Position numbers and translations under genes: made by a program
NCBI RefSeq assembly: GCF_018977255.1
Contig: NW_024704743.1
Span: forward strand, 37,760,001-37,824,000
From: Callorhinchus milii
Lineage: Eukaryota
Direction of reading: 5' to 3'
Length of the DNA: 64,000 bases
Shown here: positions 49,354-60,852 of the stretch, in pieces
Numbering within the stretch: position 1 is the first letter of the stretch
How the letters are laid out: the number at the start of each line of letters is the position of its first letter
Notes under the pieces: model-generated
Told to the model about the DNA's origin: nothing
What the model saw: the letters and a program-made list of their open reading frames with translations, nothing else
Databases searched by the model: none

Positions 49354-49487
49354 CTGTTCATATGTTTTGAATGTGGTGCACACTAATTCTTCCTCTGATT
49401 CTTCAATCTCTACATTTTCATCAGAACAGGACTCAAATCCATCTTCATAGTAATATTCTTCAGCTGCTGTAGGATCTTCAGGTATTT
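49354..49487 (-). CDS. NEK11: NEK11 internal coding exon (134 nt), probable GC donor
   Basis: TCTTTTCTTTCAG acceptor; AA+IPEDPTAAEEYYYEDGFESCSDENVEIEESEEELVCTTFKTYEQ matches recalled human EIPEDPLVAEEYY. A phase-0 end at CAG|GCAAGA fits the next exon. The 3' boundary is less certain than the 5' boundary. Confidence 0.85.
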
Positions 49488-49889
49488 CTGAAAGAAAAGA
49501 TTTAAAAGATACAAACCAGCTCAAATAAGCTTCAAATATATATTGGGAAACGTCTCTCCTTCTCCTTCCATCTCCTCCCCATTAGATTGGTAATCAATGT
49601 CATGCCAGGAGTTCTATCAAATGAATGACTCACATTTTGAGATGAACAAATGAGTTTCAACTCCATGCATCTTTGGCCTTCAAGCTCAAACCTGATCAAT
49701 TCTGATTAAAGTGCTACTCCCCTGCTAGCTTTTCATGTCATTGAGACATCTCAAAACACTTCACAGGACATGAAGTTTAGTGACACAAAAGTCCCAAAAC
49801 AGCCATGAAATGAGTGACCAAGTTTATCTGGGAGTGTTGGCCTGGACTCCAGGAAAAACTCCTTGTCTTTTTGAATAGAGCCATGGGAT

Positions 49890-50190
49890 CTTTGCAAGTG
49901 AGAGACCTGAGTTCAATTCCAGGCACAGGGCGAAACCTTGGGCAAGTTTCCTTACTCCACACAGAGCCTAATAATAATCCCTCCAAAACCAAAAACAATA
50001 ATAAATTGGTTATTTTCAATCTACGACTGTTTGTGGGACATTGCTGTGCGCAATTGGCTGCCGCGTTCGCCCACAAATATACAGTCAATTCACTTTGCAG
50101 TATATTCTGTGAAGCGCTTTGGGACGTCCTCCCGACGTGAAAAGCGCTATATCAAATGCAAGGATTATTATTATTATTATTATTATTATT
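49890..50190 (+). mobile_element. Young Deu SINE (truncated at the anticodon loop), nested in an older minus-strand SINE (~49725-50310)
   Basis: Near-identical to the reverse complement of 38365-38657; long perfect (TTA)n. Confidence 0.92.
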
Positions 50191-52812
50191 ATCTTGAACA
50201 TCCTCTGAATAGGCAGACGGAATCTCGGTTTAACATATCATCCAAACGCCAGCACCTCCAACAATGCAGCTGAGCACTGATGTATAAGTCTGGACTGTGA
50301 GTTCAAAGCCCCGACCTATAAATGTGTTTTAGTGATACCTCCTATTCCTTTCTGTGCTACAATATAAATATGGTTTCATCTATAATTAAAACAATTTTTG
50401 ATAGTTTAATTTAACTTAATCAATCCCTTGTGAATATTTGTCATTTTTTGCCCATGGCTATGGGTTCTTATTATTTGGCATAAATAGTTGTGTGAAGAAG
50501 AACTGCAGTAGGTCTTTATCCTCATCTTTTGTTACAATGCCTTGCCATTCCTCAACGCTCCTTACCCATTAGAGCTAAAGAGATGCAAACTGCCTTTTTC
50601 TTCTCTACTTTAGAATCATATTTGAATCATTAACTTTGCACTTTGCATGAACTGCGTGCATAACAATTGTGAATCTGATATCTGCTTCTTAGAAGGTTTT
50701 TAATAATCCTTCCAATGTGCACCTTATCACGTTGTCGTGATGCCTCAAAGTGCTTCAAGGACTTTACTGTGAAGTATTGTGACTGTGTATTTGAGGGTAA
50801 GCACAGCAGCCAATTTGCAGATAACACAGTATGTGTAGCTCCATCATGCTACATATACCTGTATTACTTCTGCATGGTTTTCCTTGAAATAGTTAAACTG
50901 AAAATTGTTCTTTTTGAAATATCCATGCCTGATAAGAATTATTTTCACTTATCTGCACGGAACCAAACTTTACATGGAAGATGGGGTGAATGAGCCATTT
51001 CAACTGACATTATATTCAATTCTATCATTAATTAATAACAGTATTCTTAGTGCCTAATTAATGCATATGCAGAACTGTACTTACAATGGTACACTAGCTT
51101 AGGATACCTTTTCCCATCCTGGCCCGCAGAAAGATACTTAGTTTTATGATCTTTCTTGCTATCAATGGATATTTTGGGAGTTGTGGGTGCGTGTTGGGAT
51201 ATAAGGCTGGAAAACATTGCTCAGATATGGTTCAGTCGGGTAATAGAGGTATAAGAAAATAAGGATCTAGACATTAATTTGCTGAAGTGTAATATAGCAG
51301 GTCAATGCAACTACATAGATATTTTAAAACTCCAATTAAATACGAAACTCCAAAGTAATTTATAACATTGAGTAATATGGGGGTGCATTTTTTTCTTCAA
51401 AGAAATCAATCTTATAGAATGTAAATAAGGTAGACTGTAGCTTGGCTGTATGAAGCAGAACTAAGGCCGAGGAGTTTATGGTAACATACTGTAAAAAGCA
51501 CAGCGTTTTGGAAAACAATAACAATTTTCATTTACATATTTCCTTTCACACATGAAAATGTCTCAAAGTGTTTGACAGAGATTGAGGCAGAACCCAAGTT
51601 GCATGGGAAATGTTGGTGGTTGGCAGTGGTGGTGGTGGGGGGGTGGGGAGGGGAGGAGAATGGCCGATAGGTATTTTGAAGGGGTTTGAAATTGAGAGGG
51701 TAGGAGTGAGAAAAAGTGGCTGAAAGTTTTCTCACTGTTGAAGACGCTTGAAAGTCAGGATGAGAATTTTAAATCGATCTGCTGCGGATGGGGAGCCAGT
51801 GATGCCTGACAAGCATTGGGATGATGGGCTCACACAGTCTCATGCGAAAGAGAACACAGGCTATGGAAAGGAGAGGAAAAGGCACGCAAGAGGCATGGGG
51901 GGAGTAAAATAAAATAAAAACTATGAAAAGCAGACTCGGTCACATTAAGAAGAGTTCCTGGACATAGGTTAGATTACTACAGAAATGTAGCTCTCAGCCA
52001 CATAATTATTCGGTTCAGCTTTCAATAATTGCAGTGATAGGGCCATTTTCTCTTGTTTGGGAGAAAACATTTGCATCAAATGATAGTGATTTATGGAATA
52101 AATTACAACCATGTCCTTAGTGGAGTTGTTCCTTAAATTACAGCTACTTCAATTAGAACCAAACTCTCCTGTGTATATATTGTAACCTTCAGTTTATTAA
52201 GAGAAGTCCAGGCATACTAGGTAATGAGCTCTGCTGCTGCTGCTACTGTTGAGAACATTTCTAGGTATGTTTCAAACTGGATTAATGATGCATCGATTTA
52301 ATTACAAGATGCACTTGCAGTCTTAGTCCAAAAATGGTATAAAATTGTTTCTAATTAACACATCGGCCTGTTCTTAGATATGGAGATGTAAACATACATA
52401 GAAATGAGCAGTCAGAATATTTGAAACAGGGTTCAAGGTCTTTCAACTGAAGTGATTTGATGTGACCTCACCATTTACATTTTTAAATCCTTTACTTAAC
52501 AGCTGCAAGGAATCTGATGGTTAAATTGCCTTTAAGAATGCCCACAAGAAAGTACTTCCCTGTTTTCTTCATTTGACAGCTACTTTTATTGGTTAAACTT
52601 ATCTTCATTAGAAACATCTGACTGGAAAAGCAGTAGAAAATAATTAGGCTGCTCTGCTGGAATATTTCTCAAAAAACAATGGAGGAATTAAATGACCTTT
52701 TGTGAAAAGTAATTATCCTTAAGCCTTAGACAATGAAGCCTATTCAGTGCAAAGAATTGGCTTGAATTTTCAGAAGCCATTTGATAAGGTTCCACACATG
52801 AGATTTCTAAAG

Positions 52813-53290
52813 ATAATAATAATAAATAATAATCCTTGCATTTGATTTAAGCACTTCACAAGATTCTGCTGTGAAGTGTAGTGACTGTGTATTTGTAGGC
52901 GAATGCAGCACCCAATTTGTGCGTAGCAATGTCCCACAACTAGCAATGAAGTGAGTGACTAATTTTACCTAGGGGATTTTTGGCTAGGACATTGGAAGAA
53001 ACTCCCTTTTTTTTTCAATTGTACCAATGAATCTTTAACGTGCACCCAAATAGATAGCCAGGACCTCAGTTTAATTTCTCATACAAAGATCGATGTCTCC
53101 AGCACTGCAATGCAGTACACCACCAGCACTATGCTGGAAGGACAGACTGGACAACAACACCACCAAATTACATTTGTATAAGGCCTTTCACATAAGGAGG
53201 ATGTCCCTGTGAGTTCAAAGTCTTGATGTGGGGCTTGAATGCACAGCTTTCTGACTCAAAGGCGAGAGCTACCAACTGAGCCAGGCTTGA
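52813..53290 (-). mobile_element. Older Deu SINE with a short L2 tail inserted (~53150-53208)
   Basis: (AAT)n tail, Deu core, body, and reverse-complement head CTACCAACTGAGCCAGGC. Confidence 0.72.
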
Positions 53291-55097
53291 TTACCCTGGA
53301 GAGTTCAAGCAGTGTAAAGTCTTTCCCCAGGAGAGTGAGTGGCTAAGGTAGACTTCAGATGGCTGAGGAAGGAAAGCATTTGAGAGGCGGAATGGCCTCA
53401 TCTCAGTCTATGCTATTTCTTTTGACCAATATCAATAAACAGTGCTGGTGGTGTTATTAAAATTGTAATATTTACAATCCTGATGTTCAGCCTTATTTAT
53501 CAATTTTGAAACTGAATTCCTAATTTGAGTAAAATATAGCTGTAAGTGAATAATCCTATTCCAGCTCTAGCTTTCTTACAAAGCTTATCATATTTTATAA
53601 CATCACAGATTACTTTTATCAGCAGGAATTGCCAGACTGACTAAAGCAATCTATGGAACAATAAAATCCAATGAATAACTTGCAGCTTCCCGCAGGCTTT
53701 CATAACTTGTGAACCAAGCGATGTGTCAAAGACACCAGTTTGAGCGAACGCTCCAACCAGACACGACAGCAACTAAAGTCCTTGTCACCAGTGTGAAGTA
53801 CATGCTGGTTTTACTGCAGTTTGACTCACGGCAGATCACAAGGTCAATATTCATGTTGGGACTATATCATGAGAAATTCACTGCTGGAAAACTTGTCACA
53901 CTCCAGGCTCAAATGAAAAGAATAAAAACACAACTGTCAAGAATGTATGCAAATTGTTACTGCTATTTGCATAGTGCACCAGAGGCCTAAGGTTGTGAAA
54001 TCTGCATTCTCCAAGGAGAACAGTGGCCGGATCAATTTTGGCTTCCAAATATAAGATAAGATCAAAGCAGAAAATTGCTCACAATGCCCGAGGAGATGGG
54101 GGTTGGGGAGGGGGGGAAGGAGGAAGAAAAACAGACGTCCCAGAGAAGCCTTTCCTCTGTACTTAAAAATAATGCCTGGTTAACAAGGGATAAGAGAAAG
54201 GGATTTTGCGGGAAAACACTAGCTACCAAATAAATGGTAGAGTAACTTCCCTAATTGTGAGATAATTATTTTCAGTTTCACAGCCTAAAGGATTAATTTA
54301 TTCTAGTGCTTTATTTAAATTACAAACTAATATTGTTAAAAATGCATTTCTGCATTTTTAACTTCAACCTGTCGCCTATAATGGCAGCTAAATGTATTAA
54401 TTTCTTTCCATGTACTATCATTTGAAAATAACATTATCAGTGGTAAGAAAGAATTTGAAAATCTCGCACAGTATTACATAATTTAAATTAATCTCATATG
54501 TACTAGCAACAAAGCACAATTCTAATATAACAACTGGTTATAGAGAGGAGTTCATCTACAATGTGAACACTTCCAAAATACCGTCACAAATAACTTCAGA
54601 TTACTGTTTATTTGTTTCCAATAAAAAAATACTGCTCCAGTATGTTCAGAAAATCCTAAAATAAATAAAGCATTTCAAATTCTACAATGAAAACATTTAC
54701 AGTTCTTTCCTCTGAGAAGCACTATTCTCTGAAAGTGAATGTATACAGCTGTTATCCTGGACTTTACAAGGACCGGCTTCCAAATTGAGACTGAATTGAA
54801 GAATGTTCTGCAATTATAATCAATTTTAAATTTAGAAAGAAAATAGTCCGCCTAGCTAAATCAAGGTGGGATTTGGGATCAATGGTCTCAGTCTTTTAGT
54901 TTCATGTCCTTCAAACAGCCCTGAATTGAATGACCAGTTTTATCTGGGGCATTGGTGGTAGGACACCTCGAGAAATTCCTTTCTCTTTTTGAATAGTGCC
55001 ATCAGATTCTTCACTCGAAGAGGCAAACAGGGTTGAATAAGCGTCTGAAGAACAGTACCTTCGACAATGCAGCACTCTCCTCAGCATCGCATTGTAG

Positions 55098-55184
55098 CAG
55101 GGATGGTAAACTTGTGGGCTCCACATGGGCCACATTACCCATTCGTAAAATAATCATGTGGGGGCTGCAAGTTGGCCATCCCTG
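55098..55184. mobile_element. 87-bp hAT (Charlie-like) MITE inserted in an old SINE
   Basis: TIRs CAGGGATGGTAAACTTG / CAAGTTGGCCATCCCTG (15/17). 8-bp flanks CATTGTAG / CATTAGAG. Confidence 0.75.
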
Positions 55185-56331
55185 CATTAGAGTATCAATC
55201 TAGAGACTATGAACTAAAAATCGCAACGCAATGCTACCTTAAACAAAATGATTATTAGGATTATAAAGGACGTTTTCATGTTTAAGCAGACCCTATATAT
55301 TTCAGATGATCACCAAGTTAATATGACCCTTCTTACAAACTTCTTCTCAAGTAATCTGTTTAAAATTGTGAATATTATATTTGTATCAAATGTCAACACA
55401 GTATCAGCCTATTAAGATGTGACAGAATGTAAAGCAATGATAATCCGCGTCTGAATAAATGCAGTGGGTACAAAGTGCAATTCCAACCAAAAGATGAGAG
55501 AGGAGAATGCAGCACAAATCTGCCTCGTCTCTATACTGTAACTGCAGGAACAAGCCTCCCATCAGGTTTGAGGCAAATCAATGTCAAATTGGAACTTTTA
55601 AATAGCGTTCTTTCTTTTCTTTACACAGCTCGAGAGTAAAGAGAAAGCCATGCAGTTTCAACCGCACATTTCTCCATTGGGAATCAAAGCCCAGATTTCA
55701 AAGCATTTGTCCAAACAAGCAGAGCAGCATTGAATGCCACTTTAATGGGGCACCTCTAGCTACACTATGAACGTTTCTCAAATGATTACTCTGACCCTTT
55801 GACAATTAAAAATCACGGTTTCCATTTTATCATTTCATACACATGTGGGATCAGTGAGTCACTGGGTAAGTGACACAATAATATTGTATGCCTTGTGCAT
55901 GCATGGGACCTTTGGAACTATTTTCTCCCTGAATGACATCGACCACAGTTAGCTGTATTGGAGACCAGCAGATGTATTTGAATATCAGACCACTTTGCTA
56001 CCAGTTCTATTATCCCTATTTATAAAGCGGAGATCAGCAAAATGAATATATCCAATGTGGGACATGAACAACATTACATATTAACCTGCTACTAACTGCT
56101 TAGCTATTAGGAGCAGTGATAACATCAGATCCCAACCCAATGGCAGGTAAATAACTTCAATAGTGCAGATTTTATCCTTTTGATTTCTTCCTGATTATTT
56201 CCACCTGTTCGTGCTCACTAGAGCCAAATAATTCCCCTATATAAAAACAAAAACCTGCAATAAGAAAGCAAAAGTGCCTCCAATACTGTTTCACATTATA
56301 TTGCGTTTCACCCATGGGAGCAAGGTTTGAA

Positions 56332-56770
56332 TCAACAACAACAACAAGATTCCATTTATAGAGTGCCTTTCACGTCGGGAGGACGTCCCAAGGCGCTGGA
56401 CAGTTGGGTCAGGACCTGAGCAGAGAGGAAATGGTCAGGGTGAGGGGAGGGAAGAGAGTGAGCGAGGAAGGTGTAGAGAGTCGAGAGGGGAGCTGAAGGC
56501 ACGGTCAAAGAGACAGGTCTTGAGACCGGCCTTGAAGGAGGAAAGGGAGGAGGCGGCGAAGGCACTGGGGGATGGAGTTCCAGAGCCTCGGGGCTGAGAG
56601 GCTGAAGGCCCGACCACCGATGGTAGGGCGGTTGGGGCGGGGGATGTGGAGCAGACCGGAGCCAGAGGAACGGAGGGTACGGGCAGGTAGTAGGGGGATA
56701 GTAGGTCGGAGAGGTAGGAGGGAGCAAGGCCGTGAATGGCCTTGTAGGTGAGGATGAGGATCTTGAATCC
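56332..56770 (-). mobile_element. Young L2 LINE 3' end
   Basis: CpG-rich; tail GCGCCTTGGGACGTCCTCCCGACGTGAAAGGCACT plus (TTG)n on the minus strand. Confidence 0.88.
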
Positions 56771-58307
56771 AGTCCAGATTGGTTGGATGAAAGATTCCTC
56801 TCTACACAGATTACATTGTGAACTGAGTTTACAGAGCTTCAGTATTGTTATTTAATTTGACACATAAATTTACCACCTTGAATGAATGGGAAAATGACTA
56901 ACTTATAACACGAGTGACATAATGGAACATTGGGAGACAAGATTAGGTCACATTGGGGAGGGGGAAAATTATGATGAATTATTATTGCAGATAACTAAAG
57001 TTGTCAGAGCAATTCTAACGATAAATGAAGCTTCGATGAAATTTGTCCTTTGGGATTTTTTTATATAAAATCCATAAATTAACTCCACCTCCTGTGATTT
57101 AAGAAGTAGAAATAGAATGCACAGAAATAAAGTTGGACCACAAGTTTCTAATGCGAGCTTTGTTATACAATAAAGGAAGCAGAAAGTTGTGTGCTCGTTA
57201 ACATGAGAAATGTCAGCTTAGTGAGCTTGATATTTTCTCACCCACTGTCAGCACCGAACAACTCAGAGTTGAGTATTGAGCACAGTAGATGCACATTGAA
57301 GATCCTATTACTCTATTCCAGCAATGGGGTGTAAATCATGGTGATTTTAAACAGGAACTCTCATTAAAAATTCCCAATCACAAAAGGGGATTCCTTCGAT
57401 TAACTGAAAGCACCTCATACAAACAGCTGTGGCACAGGAAAAATGCAGGATGTGATGTGATAATTATCAGCGATGATAATTACCTCGAGCACAAGAAATA
57501 TGGTTATTTTGTATTCTTAACAACCTATCCTTAGTGGAAGATTTGGGGCTGAACAGCCTCTCCCAGCCACATCTGAAAATTGTTCTCCACTACCTTTGAT
57601 TTTATAAAGCAACAAAATCCTTTCCAACACTAAAATCAAAGCCTCATTACATAAAATGAAATTAGGCAACAGGTTAACCAGACACCAGAACCCAATTTTT
57701 ACCTTTAATTCAGAATTTTTAATTCTAAACTTCCAACTTTAAATTTTTACTTTTAAAATTAATTTCTATGCCATCAATCAATGAAGAAGATGCTAATTTC
57801 AAACTTGCCACTTCCCGAAAGATGTTCTTGATCGGCATGCTTCCTGACAATGCAAACAATCCCCACTTGCGACTTGGAGGCTTTCTGTGTTTAAAATCCT
57901 GTTTAAAATCGCTGCGTTTAAGAACTCGATACCGTATAACTATACATATCATATAAGCACTCCCAGGTCAGTTAAGCACAGACTGCAGATCTTACAACAA
58001 AGAAAATATTGTTCTAAATAGATTAATTTAGTTTCATGGAGTAATCACCCCACAATGGCTTTGTTGACTTGTAACATAAACGATGTAGAAGCTTTGCCAA
58101 GAAATTATACACTTTCTATAAATAGTGGAGAAACAACCAATTAGAAAATCTTTGTAACTTGAATGCACTCAAACAGAGCTTTATTCTAAACATAAGCGGG
58201 GGAAATACATGTGGCAAAACATTTACTTTTACAGATGTGATTATATTTTTAGCCTTCCTTTTCAAGTGAAAGCAGGCAACAGATTAACTGTGGGCTAACC
58301 AGTAGAG

Positions 58308-58490
58308 AATAATAATAATCCTTGCATTTGATATAAGACCTTGTCACATCGTTGAGATGTCTCAAAGCGCCCCATCGAATATACTGTAAAGTGGAGTGAC
58401 TGTGTATTTCGTGGGCAAAACGCGGCAGCCAATTACGCACGGCGTTGTCCCACAAATAGTCGGATTGAGTGACCAAATTATTATTATTTT
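58308..58490 (-). mobile_element. Deu SINE 3' part
   Basis: (AAT)n tail and Deu core. Confidence 0.82.
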
Positions 58491-58935
58491 AATTACATCT
58501 GCTGCTTGCAAATGTCTGAGCTCTAATTTGTGGTATTTCTTAATGGAATTCAATTAAGAAAGAGAAACATGTAAAATTAGCAATGACTATTTTACATTTA
58601 GGTCCAGATCTTGTTTTTAATTGTTGGAATAGAATCAGGAATTCCATGCACAATAGTGAGGAGAAATTGGGAAGTGGTTTTGGCCCTTTGATATTTCACG
58701 GCTGAATCTCGGACGAGGTTATGAGGGTATCCAGAGACAAATACAAATTATGCAGGTAACAGTCTGAATTAATTGTCTGTTACAGCTTTCACGCTACGGC
58801 AGCATCTCTTGTTACAAAGTAACATAATAAATAATTTTCTCTATGTTTAAGTATAATAAAGTGCAATTGCGGGCATGTGTCAGACTACTAAACAATGCTC
58901 AATCAATATTGTTCTCTGAATCTTTTAACAGGTAT

Positions 58936-59330
58936 CAGCCTGGCTCAGTTGGTAGCACACTCACCTCTGAATGTGAGTCAGAAGGCTGTGGGTTCCAGTC
59001 CCACTTTGGGCCTTTAAACTCACAATCCAGGCTGACGCTTTAATACAGTGCTGGGGGCTGTGCTACATTATCGGAGGCTTGTCCTCCACATGAGACATTA
59101 AACCAAGATCCTGTCTGCTTGTTCAGGTGGATGTAAAGATTTGAGAAGAGAGTTTCCCCCGGTGTCGTGGCAAAAATCCCCCAAATAAAATTGATCATTC
59201 ACTTCATGCCTGCCCCATTTGCTCACAAAATACACAGTCACTACTCTTTATAATTTTTTTTTGAAGCACTTTTGAGACCTCCTGGCCACGAGAAGGGTGC
59301 TATATGAAATGCAAAGATCATTATTAGTAT
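58936..59330 (+). mobile_element. Older full-length Deu SINE (SacSINE1-like)
   Basis: GCCTGGCTCAGTTGGTAGCAC..GAGTCAGAAGG..GGGTTCCAGTCCCAC head, plus body and tail. Confidence 0.75.
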
Positions 59331-59335
59331 TATTA

Positions 59336-60852
59336 CCAGTTCCACCTCCTTGCCCCTCCACACACAGACATCATAAACCTCTCCCTGTCCACTGGTACTG
59401 TTTCCACCCCATTAAAAATGGCCGTCATGACGCTTATCCATAAAAAACCCTCCCTGGACCCATCTCTATTCTCAAACTACCGCCCCATCTCCAATCTCCC
59501 TTTCCTCTCCAAGGTCCTGGAAAGAGTTGTTGCTTCTCAGATTCGCTCCTTCCTCTCCCGCCACTCCCTTCTCGAACCCCTCCAATCGTGTTTCTGTGCC
59601 GCCCACAGCACAGAAACAGCCCTGGTCAAAGTGACAAATGATATTCTGTCCATCTACAACCAGGGCTCCCTCTGCCTCCTCGTCCTCCTTGAACTCTCTG
59701 CTGCTTTCGACCACTTTATCCTCATCCACCACCTCTCTTTCACGACTCTATCCTTGACTGGTTCAGATCGTATCTCTCACACCACCACCACTTCATCTCC
59801 ACAAATGGTTTCCCCTCCAGCTCCCGCACCGTCTTGTGCAGGGTTCCTCAGGGTTCTGTCCTTGGTCCCCCTCCTCTTCAATATCTATATGCTCCCTCTT
59901 GGCGACATCATCCGCAGACATGGGGTCAACTTCCACATGTATGCGGATGACACCCAACTCTAACTCTCTGCTTCCATCCTTGACTCCAGGACCACTGCTG
60001 TCCTGACAGAATGTAACATATCAGTGGCAGAGTTAAAACAGAATGTCTGTCAGACATCAAGTCCTGGATGAGAGCTAACTTTCTACAGTTGAACATCAAC
60101 AAGACCGAGGCCCTCCTGATTGGCTCCCGTCAGCACCTCCTCACCTCAGGCGCTGACAGCATCACCATCCATGGTTGCACACTCCACCTTACTAAGTCAG
60201 TCCAGAACCTTGGGGTCTTGTTTGACCCTCAACTATCCTTTCTACCCCACATCTGTGCCATGACCGGCTCTGCCTTCCCCCACTCCGCAACATCACCCGG
60301 CTCCGCCACTGTCTCACTCCACAGGCCGCCGAGACCCTCGTACACTCTTTCATTACATTAAGGATGCAAACTCCTTGCTTGTCGGAAGAACATCCAGAAC
60401 TCTGCAGTCTGTGTCCTCTCTCGCACGAGGCTCTGTGACCCTATCACCCCCATCCTCGCCCAACTCCACTGGCTTCCCAACACACAGAGGATACAGTTCA
60501 AGATCCTGGTCCTCATCTTCAAAGCCCTCCATAGTCTTGCTCCTCCCTACCTCTGCGACCTCCTAACCCCCTACCATCCTGCTTGCTCCCTCCACTCAGC
60601 AGACTCAGTGGGCCTTCTACCTCTCTGCTCCCACCATCTGGAACTCCCTCCCTTGCTTCCTTCAAGGCACGCCTCAAGATCCTCTTCTTTGACCGTGCCG
60701 TCGGGCACCCTCCTACCCTCTCTAACCTCCACCTTCCCTGTTTCCAACCCCCTCACCCCTCCCCACGCCCCCTAACTCGGGCCCTAATCCCCGACTGTTC
60801 AGCGCCTTGGGACATCCTCCCAACGTGAAAGGTGCTTTACAAATATGTCATT
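59336..60852 (+). mobile_element. L2 LINE, 5'-truncated, RT remnant
   Basis: KKPSLDPS..NYRPISNLPFLSKVLERVV..HSTETALVKVTND..MYADDTQL, with frameshifts and a stop; L2 tail. Confidence 0.94.

Noticed and set aside
51900..52740. TE-poor AT-rich intronic stretches with homeobox-like motifs (also ~55.2-56.3 and 60.9-62.9 kb) as conserved enhancers
   Set aside because: Conservation cannot be judged from one sequence, and TAAT-type motifs are expected at this base composition.
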